A stretch of 34,611 bases of DNA from Candidatus Micrarchaeota archaeon (GTDB lineage: Archaea > Micrarchaeota > Micrarchaeia > Anstonellales > Bilamarchaeaceae). The notes beneath the pieces are model-generated. The model ran no database searches, was not told where the DNA came from, and was given only the letters and a program-made list of their open reading frames with translations. Where the stretch lies: the NCBI GenBank assembly GCA_964479815.1, contig CAYZNP010000001.1, positions 1 to 34,611 of the forward strand, given 5' to 3'. Shown in pieces: positions 1 to 8,439 of this stretch. Both the position numbers and the translations under genes were made by a program. Every line of letters starts with the position of its first letter. Position 1 is the first letter of the stretch.

Positions 1-74
1 CATGCCATATCTTTTTATTCGGTTGCCGGACAGAATAGGTTGGACGGCAGCCGTATGCCAGTCACGGTGTTCAT

Positions 75-1079
75 TTGGACAAACGCATGCAGCTCGTGCT
101 CAACCTCCTCGTATCGCTCGCCATTTTCGTGGTGGTGTTCTGGCTGGTCGGAGCGGGCAAGATATACAATACGCTGCTGAGGGTCAGGCCCGAATTCCTC
201 GCCCTGGCACTCGTGGCTTACTCGGCAGTCACGTTCGTGATGGCGTACCGGATAAAATTCGTACTTGCCGCCATGGGGGAGCGGCTCAGCCTGATGCAGG
301 CGGCACCATCCAACCTGGCCGGGCTTCTGGCCTCTGACTTCACGCCCGCGCGGGCTGGCTATTTCTTCACCGCGTTCTCCCTCTCCTCCAAATTCGGCAT
401 GGCCACGGAGAAGACCGTCACCGCCATTTTCGGCCCGCAGCTTTTCGATTTCCTGATAAAAGCCCTTGCGGCCATCGTGCTCACCCTGCTCATAGTATCC
501 AAGGCTGGTATCGGCGGGATGGTGCTGAACCTCCTGGTTGTCTGTGCGGCCCTCGGCGCAATATTATTCGCAGGGCTGTTTGTCTTCCACCCCCCTTTTC
601 TGGAGCACTTCTCATTCGCCGAGCGGCTACCCGTCGTTTCAACCCTGTTCTCCTTCCTCAGGCGCATGCACACCCACTCAGGCCGGATCCTGGACCTGAA
701 ATGGGGCGTCATGGGCATTACGCTGGTCACCTGGGTTCTGAAAGCCGTGGAATGGCTCTGCATTTCCCATGCCCTAGGCATATCGGTCACCGGCAGCCTC
801 CCGTGGGACCTGGTTTTCATGATGGTGTTCCAGGCGGCCATAACCATAATACAGTTCATCCCGACCCCGACACTGGCCGGCGCCGGCGCGAGCGAGGCTG
901 CATTTGCCGCCGTGCTGCTGCCTTTCGGCGTGCCTTTCGAGTCAAGCGTGGCATTCGGCTTCCTCACCCGCATCAGCATGATTGTGGTGGATTCATTCTC
1001 GCTGCCGGTGATAGTCGCCTACCTGCACAAGCACAGCATGGAGGGTGTCCTGGAACGCATATCCGGGATAGAAAGCTAG
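75..1079 (+). CDS. Polytopic membrane protein, flippase-like / lysyl-PG-synthase TM-domain family (UPF0104-type)
   Basis: Long ORF that is hydrophobic throughout, with multiple predicted TM helices. The N-terminus (LVSLAIFVVVFWLVG...YRIKF) resembles the flippase-like domain family that often sits beside Dpm1-type GT2 genes, as it does here. Codon 75 is TTG, preceded by GGTG at 66-69. The first ATG is at 87, so the start is uncertain. Confidence 0.55.
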   Translation: MDKRMQLVLNLLVSLAIFVVVFWLVGAGKIYNTLLRVRPEFLALALVAYSAVTFVMAYRIKFVLAAMGERLSLMQAAPSNLAGLLASDFTPARAGYFFTAFSLSSKFGMATEKTVTAIFGPQLFDFLIKALAAIVLTLLIVSKAGIGGMVLNLLVVCAALGAILFAGLFVFHPPFLEHFSFAERLPVVSTLFSFLRRMHTHSGRILDLKWGVMGITLVTWVLKAVEWLCISHALGISVTGSLPWDLVFMMVFQAAITIIQFIPTPTLAGAGASEAAFAAVLLPFGVPFESSVAFGFLTRISMIVVDSFSLPVIVAYLHKHSMEGVLERISGIES

Positions 1080-1094
1080 ACTCCAGGCACTTCA

Positions 1095-1102
1095 TTAATA
1101 AT
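1095..1102 (+). promoter_or_regulatory. TATA-like box (TTAATAAT) about 27 nt upstream of the ATG at 1126
   Basis: A/T-rich octamer in a GC-rich background. The spacing to the start codon fits an archaeal TATA box driving a leaderless transcript. Confidence 0.4.
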
Positions 1103-1125
1103 GTTTTCCGCCCAACTGTCTCCCT

Positions 1126-1788
1126 ATGCCTTCTGTCTCCGTATTACTCCCCACGCTCAACGAGGAAGAGAGCATCGGCAGGACCATAAAGGCGGTCCGG
1201 GCTGCCGTGCCGCAGGCGGAAATCGTCGTCATAGATGGCCTGAGCACGGACAAAACAGTTGAAATCGCCAAATCGCTTGGCGCACGCATCCTGTTGGAGA
1301 AAAGGAAGGGCAAGGCGTTCGCCATAAAGGCGGCCTTTAGGGAGATAGACTCTGATTATGCTGCCATGATTGACGCAGACCTGACCTACCCAGTCAAGGA
1401 CATACCGAAGTTCCTCTCCAAACTCAAGGATTACGACGTTGTCATGGGCTCGCGCTTCAAGGGCCATTTCGAGAAGGGCGCGATGTCTTTCATGAATGGC
1501 TTTGGCAACCAGATGATCTCCCTGGTGGCGACCGTGCTTTACCTGAAGCCGGTCAGCGACGTATGCACGGGCATGTGGGCGTTCAGGAAAAGCGCCTACA
1601 AGGCCATACAGGTCACGGCGTACACGTTCGAGCTGGAGTGCAACCTCTTCGCACAGTCCGTGAAGAAGGGGCTCAGGATAGCCGAGGTCCCCATAAACTA
1701 CGCGCGGAGGGGCGGCATGTCCAAGGTCCAGCTCATGGACGGCGTGAAGGATTGCGTATTCCTGCTCAAGGAAAGGTTCAGGCCGTAG
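1126..1788 (+). CDS. Glycosyltransferase family 2 (dolichyl/polyprenyl-phosphate sugar synthase-like)
   Basis: N-terminal VSVLLPTLNEEESIGRTI, then IVVIDGLSTDKT and the IDADLTYP (DxD) motif typical of Dpm1-like GT2 enzymes. 220 aa. Confidence 0.8.
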   Translation: MPSVSVLLPTLNEEESIGRTIKAVRAAVPQAEIVVIDGLSTDKTVEIAKSLGARILLEKRKGKAFAIKAAFREIDSDYAAMIDADLTYPVKDIPKFLSKLKDYDVVMGSRFKGHFEKGAMSFMNGFGNQMISLVATVLYLKPVSDVCTGMWAFRKSAYKAIQVTAYTFELECNLFAQSVKKGLRIAEVPINYARRGGMSKVQLMDGVKDCVFLLKERFRP

Positions 1789-1797
1789 TTTCCGCAC

Positions 1798-1807
1798 TAT
1801 TTTTAAG
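1798..1807 (+). promoter_or_regulatory. TATA-like box (TATTTTTAAG) about 30 nt upstream of the gmhB ATG; the T-run could also terminate the upstream gene
   Basis: This is the only A/T-rich element in the 43-nt spacer between 1788 and 1832. Confidence 0.4.
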
Positions 1808-1831
1808 ACGCTCAAGACAGATTACATCCGT

Positions 1832-2401
1832 ATGAAACCTGGTTTTCTGGCGCTGGTTGACAGAGACGGCACCATAAACGAAGAGGTCGACCTTCTCCAC
1901 CACGAAAGCAGGCTTGCCCTAATCCCAGGCTCAGCAAAGGGCATAAAGCTGCTCAATTCCCACGGCGTCAAGGTTGCTGTGGTCACCAATCAGCCAGTGG
2001 TGGCGCGCGGCCTCTGCACCGAGGAGGACGTCCAACAAATCAACAAAAAGCTGGAGTCCCTCCTGGCCAGGGAGGGCGCGCACGTGGATGCCATCTACTA
2101 CTGCCCGCACCACCCCGAGCACCACCCCGAAGGCGACCCCAAATACCGCACTGACTGCTACTGCAGGAAGCCGAAGACAGGGATGCTGGAAGAGGCGTCA
2201 AAAAAGTTCAATGTGCCGCCGGAACGGTGCTTCATGATAGGTGACAGCACAAGGGACATGGCCGCGGGGAAAAGCTTCGGCTGCACAACGATTCTCGTCA
2301 GGACTGGATACGGCGGAAAGGACGGAAGGTACGAGGCAGCCCCTGACCACACATGCAACAGCCTCTACGAAGCAGCGAAGCTGGTGGTGGGCAGGATATG
2401 A
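1832..2401 (+). CDS. gmhB: D-glycero-D-manno-heptose 1,7-bisphosphate phosphatase (HAD-IIIA)
   Basis: HAD motif I LVDRDGTIN, VVTNQP, the Zn-finger-like segment YYCPHHPE...CYCRKPKTGM, and motif IV MIGDSTRDMAAG. These are the classical GmhB/histidinol-phosphatase-family signature. Confidence 0.85.
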   Translation: MKPGFLALVDRDGTINEEVDLLHHESRLALIPGSAKGIKLLNSHGVKVAVVTNQPVVARGLCTEEDVQQINKKLESLLAREGAHVDAIYYCPHHPEHHPEGDPKYRTDCYCRKPKTGMLEEASKKFNVPPERCFMIGDSTRDMAAGKSFGCTTILVRTGYGGKDGRYEAAPDHTCNSLYEAAKLVVGRI

Positions 2402-3096
2402 AGGGCGTCATAGTCGCAGGCGGCCTTGGCACCCGGCTCGGCCAGCTGACGAAAAAACTGCCGAAAGGCCTTGTCATGGTGAAGGGAAAGCCCGTTCTGG
2501 AACACCAGGTCCTCTGGCTGGCGCGCTATGGCATAAAGGACATCGTCATCTGCGCCGGCTACCTGGCAGAGCTGATACAGGCGCATTTCGGCAATGGCAG
2601 CAGGCTCGGCGTGCACATCGAATATTCCATAGAGAAGGAACTCCTTGGCACCGGCGGCGCCCTGAGACAGGCCGCACCCCTGCTCAGAGACCGGTTCATC
2701 ATGATGTACGGCGACCTGCTCGGCGACATGGACCTGAGGAAGCTCGCTGAGTTCCACGCCGCAAAGGGCGGGCTGGGCACGCTCACGGTGCATGAGAGCG
2801 ACCACCCCTACGATTCCGACATACTCGAGGTCACGCCGGACTGGGAGATAACCAAGTTCCTCGGGAAGCCGAAGCCAGGCGACAAATTCGCCAATATCTC
2901 CAACGCTGGCGTCTACTGCTTCGAGAAGGCAATCTTAAAGTATTTTCCTGATGGTAAATCTATGCTGGACAAGGAAGCCCTGCCCGGAGTCCTTAAGAAA
3001 GGCGGGAAGCTTTACGCTTACATGACACGGGATAGCATCCTTGACATCGGCACACCTGAGCGCCTGAAAAAATCGCTCGGCGGAGGGATAGCATGA
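2398..3096 (+). CDS. hddC: Sugar-1-phosphate nucleotidyltransferase, HddC-like (heptose-1-phosphate guanylyltransferase candidate)
   Basis: MKGVIVAGGLGTRLG nucleotidyltransferase P-loop-like motif, LGTGGAL, and a YGDLL core. The ATG at 2398 overlaps the gmhB stop (ATGA). The track ORF start at 2353 lies inside gmhB and was rejected. The heptose/GDP assignment is by gene context. Confidence 0.7.
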   Translation: MKGVIVAGGLGTRLGQLTKKLPKGLVMVKGKPVLEHQVLWLARYGIKDIVICAGYLAELIQAHFGNGSRLGVHIEYSIEKELLGTGGALRQAAPLLRDRFIMMYGDLLGDMDLRKLAEFHAAKGGLGTLTVHESDHPYDSDILEVTPDWEITKFLGKPKPGDKFANISNAGVYCFEKAILKYFPDGKSMLDKEALPGVLKKGGKLYAYMTRDSILDIGTPERLKKSLGGGIA

Positions 3097-3665
3097 ATGC
3101 GCCTGATTTGCGCTCCTATATGAAAATGCTGAAAGAATGCCTGGACGTCATAGACGAGGGTGAAGTGGCTGCGCTTGCCGGGCTCCTGCTGGAAATGAAT
3201 GCCCGCGGCGGCACAGCCTATGTTTTCGGCAATGGCGACAGCGCCACGAACGCAGTCCATTTCGCTGCGGACCTGTCAAAGGGCACCATAGTCCCTGGCA
3301 AGAAGCGCCTCCGGATTATCTGCCTCAACGAGAACGTGCCGCTGATGACTGCCTGGGGCAATGACACGTCATACGACATGATATTCAAGGAGCAGCTGGA
3401 GAGCCTGCTTAAGCCCGGCGACGTCGTCATGGGCATAAGCACGAGCGGCAATTCGCCCAACGTCCTGCGTGCCATAGAGTACGCTAATGGCGCGGGCGCG
3501 CACACAGTCGGCCTGTCCGCATTCAAGGGCGGCAAGCTCGCTTCGCTTGCGAAACACAGCATAATCGCGAAAACGGACAATGTGGAGATAGCCGAGGATG
3601 CGCATTTCATCATCGGCCACCTGCTCAAGATGCACCTGATAAGAAAACAGATGGGGAAGGCCTGA
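3093..3665 (+). CDS. gmhA: SIS-domain sedoheptulose-7-phosphate isomerase-like protein (paralogue 1)
   Basis: FGNGDSATNAVHFAADL and GISTSGNSPNVLRAIEYA are SIS/GmhA-type motifs. ATGA overlap with the upstream gene. More divergent than the second copy at 32968. Confidence 0.7.
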   Translation: MNAPDLRSYMKMLKECLDVIDEGEVAALAGLLLEMNARGGTAYVFGNGDSATNAVHFAADLSKGTIVPGKKRLRIICLNENVPLMTAWGNDTSYDMIFKEQLESLLKPGDVVMGISTSGNSPNVLRAIEYANGAGAHTVGLSAFKGGKLASLAKHSIIAKTDNVEIAEDAHFIIGHLLKMHLIRKQMGKA

Positions 3666-3669
3666 TGCC

Positions 3670-4653
3670 ATGCTTACGTCAAGGACGCCGTTCCGCATAT
3701 CCTTCTTCGGCGGAGGAACCGATTTCAGGAAATACTACGAGCTGGACCATGGATGCGTGCTCAGCGCGGCCATAGACAAGTACGTCTACATAATGGCAAA
3801 CCACAAGTTCGACAATGCCATACAGCTGAACTACCGCCTTACCGAGATAGTGGATTCCGTGGACCAGATACTCCATCCAACGCTGCGCGAGGCGCTGCGC
3901 TTCACAGGGGTGGACCGGGCGATAGAAGTGAGCGCAATCGCCGATTTTCCTTCCCACGGCACAGGCCTCGGGTCGTCCAGCAGCTTCCTTGTCGGTGTCC
4001 TGAACGCGCTCTACGCGTTCCGCGGCGAATCTGCGGATGCCGAGAAGCTGGCCAGGGCCGCCTGCAGGATAGAGATAGACGTCCTCAACGAGCCCATCGG
4101 CAAGCAGGACCAATACATAGCTGCCTTCGGCGGCTTCAACCTAATACGCTTCAACAAGGACGACTCCGTTTCTGTCGAGCCTGTGAAAATAAAGCAGGAC
4201 ACGCTGGCCGCCTTCAGGAAAAAGCTCCTGTTCTTCCACACCGGCGTAAGCAGGAGCTCTGGCAGGGTGCTCAAGGAGCAGAAGGAGAAGATAGGCGACA
4301 AGACCGAATACCTCAACCGCCTGCGTTCCATGGCAGAGCAGGCGAAATCAAAGCTGGAGCGCGGGGACCTCAGCTCGTTCGGCGAGATGCTTGACGAGTC
4401 CTGGCAGCTGAAGAGGACGTTCGCTTCCGGCGTCAGCACAGAGCTCATAGACAACTACTACTCTGCGGCAAAGGAAGCTGGCGCAACCGGTGGCAAGGTC
4501 CTTGGCGCAGGTGGCGGCGGTTTCTTCATGTTCTACTGCGAAGAGGAGAAGCAGGCGGCGGTGCGCAAGGCGCTCTCTCCCATGCGCGAGATGAAATTCG
4601 GCTTCCCAAGCGAGGGCTCGCGCATCGTCTTCAACGACAGGGCGGTGCGCTGA
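3670..4653 (+). CDS. hddA: GHMP-family sugar kinase, HddA-like (D-glycero-alpha-D-manno-heptose-7-phosphate kinase candidate)
   Basis: N-terminal RTPFRISFFGGGTDF, GHMP motif II PSHGTGLGSSSSF, and C-terminal GGKVLGAGGGGFFMFY. This matches the HddA/LmbP kinase pattern, and the gene sits with gmhA/gmhB/hddC. Confidence 0.8.
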   Translation: MLTSRTPFRISFFGGGTDFRKYYELDHGCVLSAAIDKYVYIMANHKFDNAIQLNYRLTEIVDSVDQILHPTLREALRFTGVDRAIEVSAIADFPSHGTGLGSSSSFLVGVLNALYAFRGESADAEKLARAACRIEIDVLNEPIGKQDQYIAAFGGFNLIRFNKDDSVSVEPVKIKQDTLAAFRKKLLFFHTGVSRSSGRVLKEQKEKIGDKTEYLNRLRSMAEQAKSKLERGDLSSFGEMLDESWQLKRTFASGVSTELIDNYYSAAKEAGATGGKVLGAGGGGFFMFYCEEEKQAAVRKALSPMREMKFGFPSEGSRIVFNDRAVR

Positions 4654-5609
4654 TGTTCGCCGGAAAGAACGTTATTGTCACAGGCGGCGCGGGTTTCATC
4701 GGCTCGCACGTAGTCGATGAGCTGCTGTCGCAGGGCGCGAACGTGCTCGTTTTGGACAACATGCGCACAGGCCAGCCGAAAGTCGTTGCAGGGCACAAAA
4801 AGGCCAAAAACTACTCATTCCAGAGGCTTGACATCCTGAAGAAGGGCGCCCTCATCAAGGCATGCAAGGGCGCTGATTTCATATTCCACCTGGCTGCCAA
4901 CGCAGACATCCGCGGCGGAATGGCAAATACCTCGATAGACCTGGAGCAGAACACCATAGCGACGCACAACGTGCTTGAGGCCATGCGGCTCAACGACATA
5001 AAAGGCATTGCGTTCAGCTCATCAGGCGCGGTCTATGGCATCCAGAAGGTATTCCCGGTGCCGGAGGATGCGCCCATGGTGCAGAACTCGCTCTACGGGG
5101 CGTCAAAGCTGGCCGGCGAGGCGCTCATTGAAGCATATTCAGAGTATTACGGGATAGCGAATTCCATCTACCGTTTCGTTTCCATAGTCGGCGAGCGCTA
5201 CCCGCATGGAGTTGTAATTGACTTCTACCGCAAGCTGAAGAAAGACCCGAAGCGGCTGGAAATCCTCGGCGACGGGAAGCAGAAGAAGTCCTACCTTTAT
5301 GTCAAGGACTGCGTGGCCGGGATGATGGCGGGCGCCAGAGCAGCGAAAGCCGGCGCCACTTCCATCTACAACCTCGGGCAGAACTACACCATAGGCGTGG
5401 ACACCGTGGCTGACATGATAGTGCAGGCGATGGGCCTGACTAACGTCGAGTACAGCCACACCGGTGGCGCAGGCGGATGGGTCGGGGACCAGCCGGTCGT
5501 CCTGCTTTCAACAAAGCGCATGGAAGCGCTCGGCTGGAAGCCGAAGGTCAGCATAGAAGACGGCGTGAGAAGGACGATACGATACCTCATCGAAACTAAT
5601 TCACTTTGA
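4653..5609 (+). CDS. NAD-dependent nucleotide-sugar epimerase/dehydratase (extended SDR), paralogue A
   Basis: VTGGAGFIGSH Rossmann motif and the YGASKLAGE catalytic YxxxK. ILGDGKQKKSYLYVKDCV is shared with the paralogue at 7516. The start overlaps the hddA stop. Confidence 0.8.
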   Translation: MFAGKNVIVTGGAGFIGSHVVDELLSQGANVLVLDNMRTGQPKVVAGHKKAKNYSFQRLDILKKGALIKACKGADFIFHLAANADIRGGMANTSIDLEQNTIATHNVLEAMRLNDIKGIAFSSSGAVYGIQKVFPVPEDAPMVQNSLYGASKLAGEALIEAYSEYYGIANSIYRFVSIVGERYPHGVVIDFYRKLKKDPKRLEILGDGKQKKSYLYVKDCVAGMMAGARAAKAGATSIYNLGQNYTIGVDTVADMIVQAMGLTNVEYSHTGGAGGWVGDQPVVLLSTKRMEALGWKPKVSIEDGVRRTIRYLIETNSL

Positions 5610-7446
5610 GCGTGATGAATGCCTGGTTCGTGTATTGCTGCACCACCGTGAGCCTGCCATCGCTGCCCAACCCGTTGAGCTTGGCGTTTATCTGGTCTGC
5701 GGTGAACGCCTTCAGGCAGCTCTGGTCGATGACAGCGTATTGGTAGCCGTATTTCTTGAGGAACGCATAGTTGCCGTCCATGCTGTCGGTGATGGACCGG
5801 TTTTTGTAATCGCGCACTTCCTTAATCCATGCATAGCCTGCCTTGTCCATGCCGTCTGCGAACTGCTCGCCCATACAGAAGCCGAATATAGGCGTGTTCG
5901 CTGGCAGGCCTTTGAGGGCGGTGTAGCCTGATATCTGCTCCTCAGACACCCATTTGGCGCCAGGCGGCCATTGCCACGTCTCTACGACGCCCTTGGGATA
6001 CGCCGACGTGAACAGCAGCGCAGCCACTATGAGCGCCTTGGCAATCAGTTCCATGCCCTTCCTGTTCTTCTCTACGTACTCAAACACCTTCACCGCGCCG
6101 TATCCGGCGAGGATGGCTACTGGTATCGCAAGGAATACCCAGAAGCGGTGCGGGACGAGCTTGATTGGCAGCAGGTTGCCTTCAGTGCCAACCAGGCCGT
6201 AGGCAAGCCACAGCAGCATGATGGCTGCCGTGTCCCTATTCTCCTGGGAACGCAGCGCGTATATGGCCGCAATAACGCCGATAACCAGCAGCAGGGCCAT
6301 CGCCGGCCCGAAGCCGACCGGCTGGTCTATCTTTGACGCGAACGGCGCGTCGATGAAGTCGCTTATGCCGTAAACGAGCCCGCCGCCGGTATCCCCCTGC
6401 ACGTCAGTGAGCAATTTTGCGCTCAGGCTGTTCTGCGCGAACACCTTGTCCACAGGATACATGGCGAACATCGGGCCCCAGAAAAGCGCGATTGAGATGA
6501 GAAGGCCTGCGCCGAACGCGATTGCCGGGGGCCTGAGCTTCGCGAAGCTTAGCGTCCGCGATGCCGCAAGGTCAGACAATGCAAGCGCGGCGATATACGC
6601 GACCATCAGCCCTCCGAACATGGCTCCGGTTGAGGGCTGCGTCATGAATACGGAGGCGATGGCAAGGGCGGCGAGCGCCCCAAACGCCTTCTTCTGGCTG
6701 TCAGCCGCCTTTGAAAACCTCTCAATGAAGTACAGGGCAGGGAACACGAGCATAACCGCGAGCGTCTGGGCCCAGATGAAATGGCTCATGAAGCATGGCA
6801 GCACCGCGAGCGCTAACGCCGCCCAGAGGGCCGTGCGGCTGCCAAGCCTCTCCTTCGCCCAGCAGAAGAACAGCGGTATGGCAAGGCTGACCAGCAGGGC
6901 ATTGAAGAACTTAAGTACGAGCTGCATGGACGAGCTGTCGACCTGGAAGAGCACGCCCATGAGCACGTCGTAGAACGGCGTGTAGGGCGCGAGGTAGTGC
7001 AGGGGCAGGTCAGTAGGCTGGACGTAGCTGCCGAACAGCGATACGTAATGCGTGGCGGCTGCGTGCTCCCACGGGTCGTCGTCCTCAAGCCAGGGGTAAG
7101 AGAATGCGCCGCTGGCGTAAACGTAGAGATGGACTAGGAAGATGAGGCAGACAAGCTTCCATTCCAGGCCCAGCACCGGCATCCTCAGGCCGTATTTGAT
7201 GCCCGCTTTGCTGTCTTTCCAATAGGCAGCGCCAAGAAGGGCAGCGGCGATGGCAAGGTATGCAACCCAATTCGCCTGGCCGATGAAGCCAAGCACCATG
7301 GCCGCCATCACGAAAACGATGATGCCTGTCGCCAGCCAGAGGAAGGCTTTCGTACAGTCATCCTCCTCCTCAACACCCAGGAGCCGCCATGCGGCGAAAC
7401 CAATGGCAAGCATCACTGCCAGAAAATACGCAAGCAGAACTATCAT
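5596..7446 (-). CDS. GT-C-fold integral membrane glycosyltransferase (PMT/ArnT/STT3-like) with a C-terminal soluble domain
   Basis: About 13 hydrophobic segments, an acidic first-loop motif YPWLEDDDPWEHA, and a roughly 150-aa non-hydrophobic C-terminus. No WWDYG motif was seen. The ATG at 7446 (MIVLLAYFL) is preferred over the track start at 7590, which would overlap the divergent gene at 7516. Confidence 0.6.
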   Translation of the reverse strand: MIVLLAYFLAVMLAIGFAAWRLLGVEEEDDCTKAFLWLATGIIVFVMAAMVLGFIGQANWVAYLAIAAALLGAAYWKDSKAGIKYGLRMPVLGLEWKLVCLIFLVHLYVYASGAFSYPWLEDDDPWEHAAATHYVSLFGSYVQPTDLPLHYLAPYTPFYDVLMGVLFQVDSSSMQLVLKFFNALLVSLAIPLFFCWAKERLGSRTALWAALALAVLPCFMSHFIWAQTLAVMLVFPALYFIERFSKAADSQKKAFGALAALAIASVFMTQPSTGAMFGGLMVAYIAALALSDLAASRTLSFAKLRPPAIAFGAGLLISIALFWGPMFAMYPVDKVFAQNSLSAKLLTDVQGDTGGGLVYGISDFIDAPFASKIDQPVGFGPAMALLLVIGVIAAIYALRSQENRDTAAIMLLWLAYGLVGTEGNLLPIKLVPHRFWVFLAIPVAILAGYGAVKVFEYVEKNRKGMELIAKALIVAALLFTSAYPKGVVETWQWPPGAKWVSEEQISGYTALKGLPANTPIFGFCMGEQFADGMDKAGYAWIKEVRDYKNRSITDSMDGNYAFLKKYGYQYAVIDQSCLKAFTADQINAKLNGLGSDGRLTVVQQYTNQAFITLKVN

Positions 7447-7482
7447 GGCAACCTGCAACTCCCGGCAGTTCTTCGTCTTCAG

Positions 7483-7492
7483 TATATTTAAA
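7483..7492 (+). promoter_or_regulatory. TATA box (TATATTTAAA) about 28 nt upstream of the ATG at 7516; possibly also serves the divergent GT-C gene
   Basis: Only A/T-rich element in the 69-nt divergent spacer. The spacing fits a leaderless transcript for 7516. The minus-strand gene would then have a 5' UTR of about 14 nt with AGGT upstream of its ATG. Confidence 0.5.
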
Positions 7493-7515
7493 CATAGCAC
7501 AGCAATTGTTTCCTG

Positions 7516-8439
7516 ATGAGAATCGCGGTTACGGGCGGAGCCGGTTTCATAGGCTCCCACCTCGTGGATGAGCTTATTGCCGGAGAGCACCGCAGCGGCA
7601 TCGAAGTGGTCGTCATCGATGACCTCTCCTGCGGAAAGAAGGAGAACGTCAGCCCGAAGGCCAGGCTGGTGCGCAAGGATATCAGGCAGGATATTTCAAC
7701 CGAGCTCCGTGGCGTGGATGCAATGTTCCATTTCGCCGCTGACCCGGATGTGCGCTCGAGCGCGGCCAACCCGGCCAAGAGCTTCGAGCAGAATGTCGCA
7801 GGCACGTTCGCCGTGCTGGAATCATGCAGGAAGTCGGACGTGAAGCACGTCATCTTCGCCTCCACCTCCACGGTCTACGGTGAGGCGGAAATGATCCCCA
7901 CCCCAGAGACGTGCCCCTGCGTCCCCATAAGCAACTACGGCGCATCCAAGCTTGCCTGCGAAGCATATCTCTCTGCCTACTCAGGCTCCTACGGCATCAA
8001 GGGCACCTCGCTCCGCTTCGCCAACATCTTCGGCGAAAGGAGCACGCATGGCGTCATGCTGGACTTCTACCGCAAGCTCAGGGCAAACCAGGGAGAGATG
8101 GAAATCCTGGGCGACGGCAAGCAGGATAAGTCCTACCTGCACGTTTCCGACTGCGTATCTGCAACGCTTACCGCATGGAAAAAACAGAAGGCGGCATATG
8201 ATGTCTTCAATGTGGGCAGCAAGGGCAAGGTTAGCGTCGATGAAATCGCAGGGCTGATGTGCCGCATTATGAAGGTAAAGCCGAAGTTCTCATACACCGG
8301 CACGCCCCGCGGCTGGGCAGGCGACGTCCGCGTGATGCTTCTCAGCACGGAAAAGATAGGGCGGCTGGGCTGGAAGGAGCAGGTTTCGTTTGAAGAAGGC
8401 GTGAAAAAATACTTGGCGTGGTTGGAGAGGAATGGCTAG
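7516..8439 (+). CDS. NAD-dependent nucleotide-sugar epimerase/dehydratase (extended SDR), paralogue B
   Basis: VTGGAGFIGSH, YGASKLACE, and ILGDGKQDKSYLHVSDCV. Clearly paralogous to 4653..5609. Confidence 0.8.
   Translation: MRIAVTGGAGFIGSHLVDELIAGEHRSGIEVVVIDDLSCGKKENVSPKARLVRKDIRQDISTELRGVDAMFHFAADPDVRSSAANPAKSFEQNVAGTFAVLESCRKSDVKHVIFASTSTVYGEAEMIPTPETCPCVPISNYGASKLACEAYLSAYSGSYGIKGTSLRFANIFGERSTHGVMLDFYRKLRANQGEMEILGDGKQDKSYLHVSDCVSATLTAWKKQKAAYDVFNVGSKGKVSVDEIAGLMCRIMKVKPKFSYTGTPRGWAGDVRVMLLSTEKIGRLGWKEQVSFEEGVKKYLAWLERNG

Noticed and set aside
2-337. 111-aa plus-strand ORF at the window start.
   Set aside because: It overlaps the flippase-like gene out of frame, has an Arg/Gly/Pro-rich composition, and has no motif or start-site support.
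359-979. 206-aa minus-strand ORF antisense to the membrane-protein gene. Similar long antisense or off-frame ORFs occur at 1144-1815, 10393-11109, 14767-15546, 18770-19468, 20202-20933, 22432-23229, 24988-25737, 26472-27494, 27781-28458, 29715-30446, 31656-32699, 32036-32899 and 32742-33710.
   Set aside because: Each lies entirely within, and opposite or out of frame to, an ORF with clear family motifs. Their translations are Arg/Ala/Pro/Gly-rich with no recognisable motifs, as expected for spurious open frames in GC-rich DNA.
5596-7446. Calling the large membrane protein the archaeal oligosaccharyltransferase AglB/STT3.
   Set aside because: No WWDYG/WWDXG catalytic motif or DK/MI motif was found by eye, so it is kept as a generic GT-C-fold glycosyltransferase.
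7447-7590. N-terminal extension of the GT-C gene to the track start at 7590. Analogous extensions are 2353-2397, 18114-18215, 19897-19962, 26348-26449 and 32912-33013.
   Set aside because: The extensions overlap neighbouring genes or promoters, are non-hydrophobic or low-complexity, and precede internal ATGs that have proper Shine-Dalgarno or TATA spacing and canonical family N-termini.
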